DNA of 64,000 bases from an uncultured Kordia sp. GTDB taxonomy: Bacteria; Bacteroidota; Bacteroidia; Flavobacteriales; Flavobacteriaceae. The DNA lies in the NCBI RefSeq assembly GCF_947489565.1, contig NZ_CANLEA010000015.1, positions 70,410-134,409 on the forward strand, written 5' to 3'. Of this stretch, positions 47,001 to 56,639 are shown piece after piece; the stretch's first letter is position 1, and each line of letters opens with the position of its first letter. Position numbers and translations under genes: made by a program. The notes under the pieces were generated by a model. That model worked only from the letters and a program-made list of their open reading frames with translations, ran no database searches and was not told the DNA's origin.

Positions 47001-50000
47001 TAGATACAATAACTTGTCTGCCGCTACCTCAACAAGATTAAAACTTTATGAAATTAAACAATGGGGAGCCAATCAATGGACGAGTACTGCCCAAGCCTTT
47101 TACGGATGTGAAAATTTGAAAATCACAGCGACTGATGTGCCAGACTTAAGTTTGGTAAGTAATATGGAAGATATGTTTAGAAACTGTAATGCACTAAAAG
47201 ATTTAGGAGGCAAAATGGGATCTTGGGATGTAAGTAACGTAGATAATTTTTCTTCAATGTTCCAAGGAGCAAATAACTTCGACACACACTTAGGAAATTG
47301 GAATCTTAGCAATGCTATGGACATGAGTAATATGCTAAATGGTTCAGGACTTTCCAGCGGTTCGTATGATTTAACGTTAGTGGGTTGGCGAAACAATCCA
47401 AATACACCTTCAAACATCAATTTAGGCGCTTCTGGACTCACCTATTGCAATGCTGTAAGCGAACATGATTATTTAGACAATGATTTAAACTGGTCATTGA
47501 ATGATGCGGGTCTTAATTGCCCTACGGACGAGCCTTTTATCACCAAATGGGAAACAACCACAGCTAACGAAACGATTACAATTCCTATAGAAACGAACAT
47601 TTTAAACCCAATAATTTATAATTACTATGTAGATTGGGGAGATGGTTCGCCAATAACATTTGAAACAGGAGAAGCAACCCATGCATATGTCACCGCAGGA
47701 ATCTATGATGTAAAAATTACGGGGGAATTTCCTCAAATACGCTTTGAAAATTCTACTACCAGCAATAGAAACAAAATACTATCTATTGAACAATGGGGAA
47801 CGATTCAGTGGAGAAACTTCTCAAGAGCTTTTAGAGGTTGTTCCAATATTGTGATAAATGCTACCGATATTCCAGATTTAAGCAGTGTAACAAGTCTGCT
47901 TTATATGTTTGAAGGAACAAGTTCTTTGGTTGATAATGGAGGACGTATCAATGACTGGGACACAAGTACTATAACCCAAACAGGTTATATGTTTCAAAAT
48001 TCTTCGTTTAATGAAGATATAAACAATTGGGATGTAAGCAATGTTACATTTATGGGCTTTATGTTTAGAAATAATACAAACTTTAACCAACCATTAAACG
48101 ATTGGGAACTATCAGAGAATGTAAGTCTTTTTGAAATGTTCAAGAATGCTACTGCGTTTAATCAAGATCTTGCAAGTTGGGATATTAGTGGCGTAAATAG
48201 TATGGGAGGCATGCTAGACAATACAGCCATGTCTATGGAAAATTATGACAATACTTTAATTGGCTGGGCAACTTTAGATGCTGGCGAAACACAAATACCA
48301 GCAGATATAAATTTAGGAGCTGTAGGTCTTACCTATTGTAATAGTGAAACCGAAAGAGGACTTCTAACAGGAACTACCTATAATTGGATAATCACGGATG
48401 CTGGAAAAGACTGTGATGCTATTTCATTTATTACGACTTGGGAAACCACAACTGCCAATGAAACCATTACGATTCCTACGTTTTCGGGAGATCCGTATGA
48501 TTACACTGTAGAATGGGGCGATAATACAGCTGATACCAGTGAAACAGGAGATGCGACGCATACCTATACAACTCCGGGAATTCACACAATAAAAATTAGA
48601 GGAACGTTTCCAAGAATATTTTTTGATGATGCAGCCGCAGATAAAAACAAAATCTTAACAATTGAACAATGGGGACCAAATCAATGGACAACCATGAGTC
48701 GTGCCTTTATGGGATGTACAAATTTAGTCCTAAATGCAGATGACAGTCCAGATTTAAGCAGAGGCGGAACTTCTACAATACGATTACAACAAATGTTTAC
48801 CAACGCCAGTAATTTGGTTGATTTAAAAGATCAAATTGGAAATTGGGATGTAAGCAACGTGGTGAATATGTGGGCGACTTTTGGCAACTGTACTTTATTT
48901 AATGAAGACATTAGTGGTTGGAATGTTTCTGGAGCTACTAGTTTGCTTCAAATGTTTGTAAATAATCCAAACTTCAACCAAGATTTGAGCGGATGGAATA
49001 CTAGTAACGTTCAAAATTTTTCTGCGATGTTTGCAGGAGCAGCTGTTTTTAATCAGAATATTAGTGGTTGGAATACCAGCAATGCAACAAATATGAATGC
49101 TATGTTTATAGATGCAGCTTCCTTTAATCAGGACATTAGTGGTTGGGATGTTTCCTCTGTACAACGAATGGACAAAATGTTTCAAAACGCTACAGCATTC
49201 AATCAAAATATCAGCGGTTGGAATGTTTCCTCAGTACAGCGAATGGACAGAATGTTTCAAAATGCCACAGCTTTCAATCAAGATTTGAGTAATTGGGACA
49301 TCAGCAGTTTAGGAAGTAGTGTGACGTTTACAGAAAGTGCAGAATTTATGTTTTTTGATGCTACGGCATTCAGTACTGAAAATTATGATGCATTGCTTTT
49401 AGGTTGGTCTACGGATAGTAGTGGCAATGCTACGGATGGAGATGACGATATTCCTTCAGACATAGTATTCGAAGGTCCTCCAACAACCTATTGTCCGGGA
49501 GCAGCAGGAATAGAAATTTTAACCGATATGCCTTATAATTGGACAATCAACGGTGGAACAGAAGACTGTGAAAGCGTTTCTTTTATCACTACATGGCAAG
49601 TAGGTGCTAATGAAACCATAGTAATTCCTACGTTTCCTGGAGCTACCTACGATTATAGAGTAGATTGGGGAGATGGAACGGTAGATACCAATCAAACTGG
49701 CGATGCTACACATACCTATACTAATGCAGATGTGTATACGGTAAGTATTAGTGGAACATTTCCAAGAATTTATTTTAATAATGACCTTTTAGTAGACAAT
49801 GTAACGCCTCGTCCAAACGGATCAAAAGATAAGCTGTTAACTATTGAACAATGGGGACCAAACCAATGGACAATTATGCACAGAGCTTTTCAAGGTTGTA
49901 GCAATCTCGTATTAAATGCAGATGATACGCCTGATTTTAGCGGAGTGACAACTATGGGCATTCATCAAATGTTTCAAGGCGCTACCAATTTTGAAGATTT

Positions 50001-52464
50001 AAAAAATCAAATAGGAAATTGGAATGTAAGCAATGTTGTCAATATGTATGCAACCTTTGGAGGATGTGAAGTATTTAATGAAGATATTAGTGGTTGGAAT
50101 GTTGCTAACGTGAGTAATTTTCTTCAAACATTCGTTGGCGCACTTCGATTTAATCAAAATATTAGTGGTTGGAATACCAGCAGTGCAATTACCATGTCTA
50201 CCATGTTTGCCAATACGGAGGATTTTAACCAAGATATTAGTGGTTGGAATGTGTCTTCTGTAGAGCAAATGCAATACATGTTTGCCAATACAACTGCCTT
50301 CAATCAAGATATAAGCACTTGGGATGTGTCTGCTGTACAACGAATGAACAACATGTTTCAAAACGCAGCAGCATTTAATCAAGACTTGAGTAATTGGGAT
50401 ATTAGTAGTTTAGGAACTAGTGTAACGTTTACGGAAACCGCTGAAAATATGTTTCAAAACGCAACGGCATTCACTTCAGAAAACTATGACGCATTGCTGA
50501 TTGGTTGGGCAACAGATAGTAGTGGGAATGCAACTGATGGAGACGACGATATTCCGTCAGATATCATCTTTGCCGCAGCACCAGAATATTGTTTAGGTCT
50601 GAGTGCAAGGAACATACTTACCAGTACTGCGTACAATTGGGCAATTACGGATGGCGGACAAAATTGTGATTTTACAAATGCTTTTATCACTACTTGGGAA
50701 ACCACCACAGCGAATGAAAATATTACGATTCCAACTACAGGATCAGGATATAATTATGTTGTAGATTGGGGAGATGGAATTATAGAATCTGGATTTACAG
50801 GAAGTGCAACACATGTTTATACAACAGCAGGAATCTACACGGTAAGCGTGATAGGAGACTTTCCAAGAATCTATTTTAATGGAACAGGTGATAAAGACAA
50901 AATAAAATCTATTGAACAATGGGGAGCACAAGAATGGACTTCTATGAAAGAGGCTTTTCGTGGTTGTGAGTTTATGGCAATCAATGCAACAGATAGTCCT
51001 AACTTGAGCCAAGCTACAGATTTGTCTAGAATGTTTGTGATTTGTAAACAAATCGAAACCGCAGATCTTTCCAATTGGGATACGTCTACCATTACAAATA
51101 TGTCGGCGATGTTTAACCTTTCTCGTTTTAACGGAAATATTTCAACTTGGGATGTAGGGAATGTAACCAATTTTAAAGGAATGTTTAAAAGTGCAACACG
51201 TTTTAATCAGGATATTTCACAATGGAATATTGGTGAATTTGTAACTGGTTTTATTGATATGTCTGAGATGTTTCAATCTGCTCTTAATTTCAATCAATCC
51301 TTAAACACTTGGGATGTTAGTAAGGCAGATCGAATGCATTTTATGTTTGATAGAGCATTAAGATATAATCAACCCATGAACAATTGGGATGTATCTAATG
51401 TCATCTTTATGAATGAAATGTTTGATGGCGCGCGTAATTTTAATCAAGATTTATCTTCGTGGGATATTAGTACTGTAGATACCTTTGTAAATTTCTTAAC
51501 AGGCTCAGCAATGTCTCAACAAAATTATGACAATACTTTAATTGGTTGGGCTACTATTGATGCTGGAGAAACGGGCCTACAAACAAATGTACGATTCGAT
51601 GCGGATGCTACCTATTGTTTAGCATTTGATGCCAGAGAAACACTAACATCAGCGCCATACAATTGGGATATTACGGATGGTGGACAATCCTGCGGAATCT
51701 TTCTTGCGGCAAAAGTGTATTTACAAGGAGCCGCTTTAAACCCAAACATGGGAGAAGAAAATCTCATGAGAGATGATTTACGTATAGCAAGTCTAATACC
51801 AACGACTTCACCATATGGAGACGGATTAACCTGTGATACAAGTGTTTTCAATACGACTGGAGCAAATGCTATTGTAGACTGGATTTGGATAGAATTAAGA
51901 GATAAAAATGATAATACATCCGTTTTACACAGTCAATCAGCATTGTTACAAAGAGATGGAGATATTGTAGCTACTGATGGAGTTTCGGTACTGTCTTTCA
52001 ATGCTGGTACAGATAACTATTTTATAGCTGTAAAACACCGAAATCACTTAGGAATCATGACATCAACAGCGCTATTAATCAATACAACTTCTGCTGATTT
52101 TAGCAATGCAAGCAGTCAAATTACCTTTGGAAACAATGCGCAAACGACTTCTGGAATGCCAAGTGGAGTAGTGGCGATGTGGTCTGGAAATACGAATAAT
52201 GATGCGGTTGTACAATACTCAGGAACCACACCAGATACACCTTCTGTTTTATCGGAAATACTAAACGATCCCGGAAACTTTTTGAATTTCCCAACGTATG
52301 CCGTAAGCGGATACAATGTAAATGATATCAATATGAATGGAAGTACACAATATTCAGGGACAAGTCCGGATACGCCGCTCATCTTACAAAATGTATTGGC
52401 ACATCCTGGAAACTTCTTGAACTTTAGTACGTATCAAATCACGGAACAGTTGCCAGAAAACTAA
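44068..52464 (+). CDS. Giant surface protein: 8 units of PKD-like domain plus BspA/DUF285-type repeats, then shared C-terminal domain
   Basis: Signal peptide from MRNLLLSVF (44068). FITTWETT..NE.ITIP...VDWGDG PKD units alternate with WDVSNVxNMxxMF repeats. AKVYLQGA...QITEQLPEN domain from 51697. Confidence 0.92.
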   Translation: MRNLLLSVFLFFCVSHIAYSQHFEFFIETTTQNETFTIPIDGSLTYNYNVDVVVPFNPNATVSYTNVTGALTHTFGNAGSYIIRILDGSLFPRIIFSNSPDKSKITIISKWGNNPWTTMESAFEGCDNLILDTSDTPNLTNVTSTNKMFKDADALVDNRNKIGSWDMSNVENMSQMFRNCDVFNEDLSNWDTSNVETFTRMFQDASAFDQNLGNWDISNLNSGGTDAIFAQAGVSTSNYDQTVTGWGTLDTGETQIPSGLNIRFDNSTYCASQAIRTTLANAPTNWNFIDSGLNCNNVSDDGLFITTWETTTANESITIPTAGPGYGYYIDWGDGQIDNSVTGNISHTYASAGTHRVRIGGLFPRIYFNETGDRLKIKTIEQWGTIAWRDMFNAFDGCENLTYNATDAPNLSNVTDLSRMFNKCKNFNATNLNNWDLSSIRSVTFMFNEAEKFNGDISNWDVSNVIDFRNMFSSARDFNRDISGWTINTNEPVNMGGMFAGASDFNQPIGNWNISQVTDIGFIFQDALNFNQSLANWDISNVTDMDGMLNNSDLSLENYDATLIGWATLENGETQIPTGITFSAFGLSFCQAYNERSMLENAPYNWIITDAGPECSDVAFITTWQTTSANESIEIPTDGNGYNYVVNWGDGTFDTNITGNATHTYATAGTHTVEIFGDFPRIYFNNSGDKDKIKSIDQWGTIQWVSMAASFRGASNLRLLATDVPDLSGVTSTGSMFAGCTSLESPDLSHWDMSAIRIMNLMFFGATNFNGDVTGWDVGNCTGFAWFFREANAFNQDISNWNIGENVGSNDIFMDGMFESASNFNRNLASWNISNVVDMTNMLDNSGLSVDNYDATLIGWATLDAGETQIPSNINVGEVGLQYCASVVERTSLKNSNNWSFLDATLACPEEDKFIMVWKTTSNNESIRFQFTGATGNNNSYTVDWGDGTVDNDVSGNRQHTYAQAGTYEVKLSGEFRFRYNNLSAATSTRLKLYEIKQWGANQWTSTAQAFYGCENLKITATDVPDLSLVSNMEDMFRNCNALKDLGGKMGSWDVSNVDNFSSMFQGANNFDTHLGNWNLSNAMDMSNMLNGSGLSSGSYDLTLVGWRNNPNTPSNINLGASGLTYCNAVSEHDYLDNDLNWSLNDAGLNCPTDEPFITKWETTTANETITIPIETNILNPIIYNYYVDWGDGSPITFETGEATHAYVTAGIYDVKITGEFPQIRFENSTTSNRNKILSIEQWGTIQWRNFSRAFRGCSNIVINATDIPDLSSVTSLLYMFEGTSSLVDNGGRINDWDTSTITQTGYMFQNSSFNEDINNWDVSNVTFMGFMFRNNTNFNQPLNDWELSENVSLFEMFKNATAFNQDLASWDISGVNSMGGMLDNTAMSMENYDNTLIGWATLDAGETQIPADINLGAVGLTYCNSETERGLLTGTTYNWIITDAGKDCDAISFITTWETTTANETITIPTFSGDPYDYTVEWGDNTADTSETGDATHTYTTPGIHTIKIRGTFPRIFFDDAAADKNKILTIEQWGPNQWTTMSRAFMGCTNLVLNADDSPDLSRGGTSTIRLQQMFTNASNLVDLKDQIGNWDVSNVVNMWATFGNCTLFNEDISGWNVSGATSLLQMFVNNPNFNQDLSGWNTSNVQNFSAMFAGAAVFNQNISGWNTSNATNMNAMFIDAASFNQDISGWDVSSVQRMDKMFQNATAFNQNISGWNVSSVQRMDRMFQNATAFNQDLSNWDISSLGSSVTFTESAEFMFFDATAFSTENYDALLLGWSTDSSGNATDGDDDIPSDIVFEGPPTTYCPGAAGIEILTDMPYNWTINGGTEDCESVSFITTWQVGANETIVIPTFPGATYDYRVDWGDGTVDTNQTGDATHTYTNADVYTVSISGTFPRIYFNNDLLVDNVTPRPNGSKDKLLTIEQWGPNQWTIMHRAFQGCSNLVLNADDTPDFSGVTTMGIHQMFQGATNFEDLKNQIGNWNVSNVVNMYATFGGCEVFNEDISGWNVANVSNFLQTFVGALRFNQNISGWNTSSAITMSTMFANTEDFNQDISGWNVSSVEQMQYMFANTTAFNQDISTWDVSAVQRMNNMFQNAAAFNQDLSNWDISSLGTSVTFTETAENMFQNATAFTSENYDALLIGWATDSSGNATDGDDDIPSDIIFAAAPEYCLGLSARNILTSTAYNWAITDGGQNCDFTNAFITTWETTTANENITIPTTGSGYNYVVDWGDGIIESGFTGSATHVYTTAGIYTVSVIGDFPRIYFNGTGDKDKIKSIEQWGAQEWTSMKEAFRGCEFMAINATDSPNLSQATDLSRMFVICKQIETADLSNWDTSTITNMSAMFNLSRFNGNISTWDVGNVTNFKGMFKSATRFNQDISQWNIGEFVTGFIDMSEMFQSALNFNQSLNTWDVSKADRMHFMFDRALRYNQPMNNWDVSNVIFMNEMFDGARNFNQDLSSWDISTVDTFVNFLTGSAMSQQNYDNTLIGWATIDAGETGLQTNVRFDADATYCLAFDARETLTSAPYNWDITDGGQSCGIFLAAKVYLQGAALNPNMGEENLMRDDLRIASLIPTTSPYGDGLTCDTSVFNTTGANAIVDWIWIELRDKNDNTSVLHSQSALLQRDGDIVATDGVSVLSFNAGTDNYFIAVKHRNHLGIMTSTALLINTTSADFSNASSQITFGNNAQTTSGMPSGVVAMWSGNTNNDAVVQYSGTTPDTPSVLSEILNDPGNFLNFPTYAVSGYNVNDINMNGSTQYSGTSPDTPLILQNVLAHPGNFLNFSTYQITEQLPEN

Positions 52465-52486
52465 CAATCAAATAAAAAGTAATTTT

Positions 52487-52716
52487 TAAAACCTGTTTAT
52501 ATTTAATGTGAGTTTGATAAATCTATATTTATCCAATTGATTTTAAGAGAATTACACAAAATGTCAAATCGAGCATTATTGTAAATACCGAGCGTAGCTC
52601 ACGAGATTAAATTGAAATGTATGTTTTTCTAGTGTTCTCGACTGCGCTCGAACTAACAAGCTGTTTAATATTAATGATTCTTACTTTGAACTCACATTAA
52701 ATATAAACAGGTTTTA
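52487..52716. mobile_element. 230-bp non-autonomous element (MITE/REPIN-like) with perfect 28-bp terminal inverted repeats
   Basis: taaaacctgtttatatttaatgtgagtt (52487-52514) is the exact reverse complement of 52689-52716. An internal degenerate inverted REP-like pair lies at 52589-52606 and 52636-52650. No ORF. Confidence 0.7.
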
Positions 52717-52762
52717 TAGTTATTTAGAAAACACTATTTCTTTATTTGTATGTTTGCAATCT

Positions 52763-54319
52763 ATGAAATACTCCTGCTTTCTTTTGGTATTACTTTTTAC
52801 CACTTTTTCTTTTTCACAAGAAATAGATACTACACTGGTACAACTAGAAGAAAAGTTAGCAAATTCAACTTCAGAGACAGAAAAGATAAAAGCAATGCTT
52901 GTGCTGGGCGAATATGAATTGGATCATAATTTTAGCAGAGCAGAATATATCATTACAGAAGCTTTTGATCTATCACAAAAAAATAAAAACGCTGTTACAG
53001 ATCATTACAAAGCTTTAATTCAAATTCAATTAGGAGTCTTAAAACGAAGAAAAAGTGAACATGCAGCAGCCATCAAACATTACCTAACTGCGTTGGACTT
53101 TTTTGAAAGAGAAAAAGATACGGCAAACATGGCCGATGTGTATCATAATATAGGAACCGTTCATAAATTTCAAAAAGATTTTACGGCTTCGTTTTCTAAT
53201 TATGACAAATCTTTACAACTCAATAGATCCATCAATAATAAAGAAGGAATTGCATTAGCATTACTCATGAAAGGAAGCAATTATAGAGCGCTAAAAAAGC
53301 TAGATTCTGCCGAAATTTATTATAAAAAATGCAAAGATATATTTGTAGCTATCAATGATAGCAAAGGTCTACAACAAGTCAATAATTTCTTGGTGTTACT
53401 CTATCTAAGAATGAATAAGGTAGAAGAAGCTTTGCAACTGAATCAAAGTAATATTGCGATAGCTAAAAAGAACAATGAAAAGTTAAACTTGGTGACCAAT
53501 TATATAAAGGCATCAGACATTTACTATAAAGAGAAAGAATATCGAATTGCAGGAAAATATATAGATTCAGCTTTAAAACTGTCTAAAAAAGAAGGATTCA
53601 AGGACAGAATTGCATTTGCGTATGGCAAGAAAAGCAGGTTATGGTATAAACTAGAAAACTATAAATCGGCTTATTTTTCACACCGAAAATACAAAAGCTA
53701 TTCAGATTCATTATTTAATATAGATAATACGAAGAAGATTCAGGAATTAGAATTAAAGTTTAAATTTCAACAAGAAAAACGAGAAGTACAGTTATTGGCC
53801 GATAACGAATCTGCGAAGAAAAAAATATATCTTATTCTATTTATCATCACACTTATATTGAGTGCTATTATTGCTTTTTTAGTCAAAAGAGATTTTAAAT
53901 ACAAAAAACGGCTGCTTGAATTAGAGAATAAAACTTTATTGCGAGAAAAAGAACAAATCACAAAAGCCTTCAATCAATTACAAAATAGTACAAATGCTGA
54001 AGAACGTATCAAAGCAAAGCAAGAAATACTAAAACTAAAAATTCTTACCGACGACGATTGGTTACATTTCAGAGATAAATTTGAATTGCTACATCCTAAC
54101 TTTTTCAATCTTTTAAAAGACAGTAATTTCCAATTCACAAAGTCAGAAATCCGATTCTTAATACTGAAAAAATTAGACTTAGAAACCAAAGAAATTGCAA
54201 ATATGACAGGAGTTTCTAACGATAGTGTATTAAAGACACAATACAGACTTCGCAAGAAACTTGACATTGCTAAAACCATTGAAATCATCAGTTTTCTTGA
54301 GCATTCTACTCAAAACTAA
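52763..54319 (+). CDS. Membrane-anchored TPR sensor with C-terminal LuxR-type HTH
   Basis: Signal peptide (MKYSCF start preferred), TPRs, TM helix IYLILFIITLILSAIIAFLV, and HTH FTKSEIRFLILKKLDLETKEIANMTGVSNDSVLKTQYRLRKKL. Confidence 0.88.
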   Translation: MKYSCFLLVLLFTTFSFSQEIDTTLVQLEEKLANSTSETEKIKAMLVLGEYELDHNFSRAEYIITEAFDLSQKNKNAVTDHYKALIQIQLGVLKRRKSEHAAAIKHYLTALDFFEREKDTANMADVYHNIGTVHKFQKDFTASFSNYDKSLQLNRSINNKEGIALALLMKGSNYRALKKLDSAEIYYKKCKDIFVAINDSKGLQQVNNFLVLLYLRMNKVEEALQLNQSNIAIAKKNNEKLNLVTNYIKASDIYYKEKEYRIAGKYIDSALKLSKKEGFKDRIAFAYGKKSRLWYKLENYKSAYFSHRKYKSYSDSLFNIDNTKKIQELELKFKFQQEKREVQLLADNESAKKKIYLILFIITLILSAIIAFLVKRDFKYKKRLLELENKTLLREKEQITKAFNQLQNSTNAEERIKAKQEILKLKILTDDDWLHFRDKFELLHPNFFNLLKDSNFQFTKSEIRFLILKKLDLETKEIANMTGVSNDSVLKTQYRLRKKLDIAKTIEIISFLEHSTQN

Positions 54320-54334
54320 AGACTTACAAAAAAC

Positions 54335-54392
54335 TGTCCAGTTTTTGTCTAGTTGCCAATATTAAAGATACGCGCTGTTTTTCGTAGTGTTG
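54335..54392 (+). promoter_or_regulatory. Direct-repeat activator site plus -7-like box
   Basis: TGTCCAG at 54335 and TGTCTAG at 54346. TAGTGTTG starts at 54385 (+39). Confidence 0.7.
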
Positions 54393-54397
54393 TAGAC

Positions 54398-54874
54398 ATG
54401 AAAAAAATATACTGTATTCTTTTTATAATTACATTGATCTTAGGTGTTATCATTGTGCTCTTTCTAAAGTATAAAAAACGACTACTTGAATTAGAAAACA
54501 AAGTCTTATTACAAGAAAAAGAACAAATAAAAACGGCGCTACATGAGCTCAAAAATGGTCCTAGTGATGAAGAACGCATCAAAGCAAAACAAGAAATTAT
54601 AAAGCTCAAAATTTTAATTGATGATGATTGGATTCGGTTTAGAGATAAATTTGAATTGCTCTATCCTAATTTTTTAAATACGTTGACGGCTTCAGAGTAT
54701 CATTTTACAAAATCTGAAAAACGATTCCTAATGCTTAAAAAATTAAATCTTGAAACCAAAGAAATTGCGAACATGGTTGGTGTTTCCAATGATAGCGTTT
54801 TAAAAACGCAATACAGACTTCGAAAAAAACTGGCTATTGATAAAACTACCGATATTATTAACTTTTTAGAGTAA
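54398..54874 (+). CDS. Sensor-less paralog: TM helix, coiled coil and LuxR-type HTH only (158 aa)
   Basis: MKKIYCILFIITLILGVIIVLFLKYKK...SNDSVLKTQYRLRKKL. It aligns with the C-terminal third of both flanking regulators. The frame is intact and directly follows a promoter. Confidence 0.78.
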   Translation: MKKIYCILFIITLILGVIIVLFLKYKKRLLELENKVLLQEKEQIKTALHELKNGPSDEERIKAKQEIIKLKILIDDDWIRFRDKFELLYPNFLNTLTASEYHFTKSEKRFLMLKKLNLETKEIANMVGVSNDSVLKTQYRLRKKLAIDKTTDIINFLE

Positions 54875-54944
54875 ACAATCATTTTTACACATAAATACTG
54901 AAAAATGATGTTCTATAATCAATTAGATTAGGTAATTTTAAACC

Positions 54945-56543
54945 ATGAAAAATGTCTTATTTGTTTTTATGCTGTGTATTTCTTTTACAGCTACTTCTCA
55001 AGAAATAGATACTACACTTGTACGATTACAAGAAAAACTGCATAACGCTCCATCAGATTCTATAAAGGTAGAAACATTACTAGACTTAGGAAAATATCAA
55101 TTTGGACGTGATAATTATAGTGCCGAAGATTACTTGCTAAAAGCCATTGATTTTATAGAAAACGAAGCGTATTCCTCCAATCATCAGTTGGCTGTAGCGT
55201 ATAGAGTTTTAGGTGCTGTAGAACGAAGAAAGGGAAATTATAAGAACACATTTACCAATTACTATAAAGCATTACGATTATCGTCAGAGCCAGAGCATGT
55301 GGCAACTGTTCATCACAATTTGGGTACAGCAAAACTTTTTCAATATGAATTTCCAGCAGCTATAGTTGAGTTTCGCAAAGCAATTTCTATTTGGGAAGGC
55401 GTACATAATTATGCAGATGCAGCTGGAAGTTATCATGAAATAGGCGGCGTATATCGTTCTATGCAACAAATGGATTCCGCCAGATTTTATTATGATAAAG
55501 CTTTAAAACTATTTGCCATAGGATACAAAGACGATACCCTAAAATATATAAATAGATATTATGGAATCCAGAAAAGTCTTGGATTGGTATTATTGAAAGA
55601 AAAAAAATATGACAGTGCGCTTTCTAAATTCAAAGAAGCAAGAAACCATTTTTCGAAACCCAATCATGATAAGAGTCGATTAATTATAATTAACAATAGT
55701 ATCTCAGAAACATATTACCGTAAAGGCAACTATAAAGAAGCAATTCGTTATGCAAACGAAGCCCTTTCTATAAGTATGTCAGAAGGTTTAAAACATCGTA
55801 TTGCTGCGGCTTTAAGAAGACGAAGCAGATTACACAAAAAAATGGGCAATCTCAATGCTGCCCTAGACGATTATGTATTGTATAAAAAATATTCGGACTC
55901 ACTGATAAATGCAGAAACGATAAAGAAGATTCAAGCACAGGAATTAAAGTATGTATTTGAAAAAGAAAAATTGGCCGATAGTATAACATTTGCACAAGAA
56001 AAAAGAAAAATTGAATTGGTTGCAGACAATGAATCTTCCAAGAAAAAAATATATTTTGCGCTTTTAATCATCACACTGATTCTCAGTTCTATAATTGCAT
56101 TTTTAGTAAAAAGAGATTTCAAATACAAAAAACGTGTCCTAGAATTAGAGAATAAAGCATTAGTACGAGAAAAAGAACAAATTACGAATGCTTTTAATAA
56201 ACTTAAAAATAGTACCAATGCCGAAGAACGCATCAAAGCAAAGCAAGAGATCTTAAAACTAAAAATTCTGACCGATGATGATTGGGTACATTTTAGAGAC
56301 AAATTTGAATTACTTTTTCCTGATTTTCTAACGGATATAAAAGACGCTAATTTTCAATTCACAAAGTCTGAAATTCGTTTTTTAATTCTAAAAAAACTAG
56401 GCTTAGAAACCAAAGAAATTGCAAATATGACGGGAGTTTCCAATGATAGTGTATTAAAAACACAATACAGACTTCGAAAAAAACTGTCACTTGATAAAAA
56501 TATTGACATAATTCACTTTTTAGAGCAATCCGCTGAAAACTAA
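54945..56543 (+). CDS. Membrane-anchored TPR sensor with C-terminal LuxR-type HTH
   Basis: Signal peptide, TPRs, TM helix IYFALLIITLILSSIIAFLV. The C-terminal ~170 aa are nearly identical to those of 52763-54319. Confidence 0.88.
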   Translation: MKNVLFVFMLCISFTATSQEIDTTLVRLQEKLHNAPSDSIKVETLLDLGKYQFGRDNYSAEDYLLKAIDFIENEAYSSNHQLAVAYRVLGAVERRKGNYKNTFTNYYKALRLSSEPEHVATVHHNLGTAKLFQYEFPAAIVEFRKAISIWEGVHNYADAAGSYHEIGGVYRSMQQMDSARFYYDKALKLFAIGYKDDTLKYINRYYGIQKSLGLVLLKEKKYDSALSKFKEARNHFSKPNHDKSRLIIINNSISETYYRKGNYKEAIRYANEALSISMSEGLKHRIAAALRRRSRLHKKMGNLNAALDDYVLYKKYSDSLINAETIKKIQAQELKYVFEKEKLADSITFAQEKRKIELVADNESSKKKIYFALLIITLILSSIIAFLVKRDFKYKKRVLELENKALVREKEQITNAFNKLKNSTNAEERIKAKQEILKLKILTDDDWVHFRDKFELLFPDFLTDIKDANFQFTKSEIRFLILKKLGLETKEIANMTGVSNDSVLKTQYRLRKKLSLDKNIDIIHFLEQSAEN

Positions 56544-56558
56544 ATATTTATTAAAAAC

Positions 56559-56616
56559 TGTCCAGTTTTTGTCTAGCAACATGTAACTGTAATCACTTGT
56601 TTTACCCGTAGGTTTA
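56559..56616 (+). promoter_or_regulatory. Direct-repeat activator site plus -7 box
   Basis: TGTCCAG at 56559 and TGTCTAG at 56570. TAGGTTTA starts at 56609 (+39). Confidence 0.72.
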
Positions 56617-56639
56617 TACTGTTTTAATCTAAACTTACT

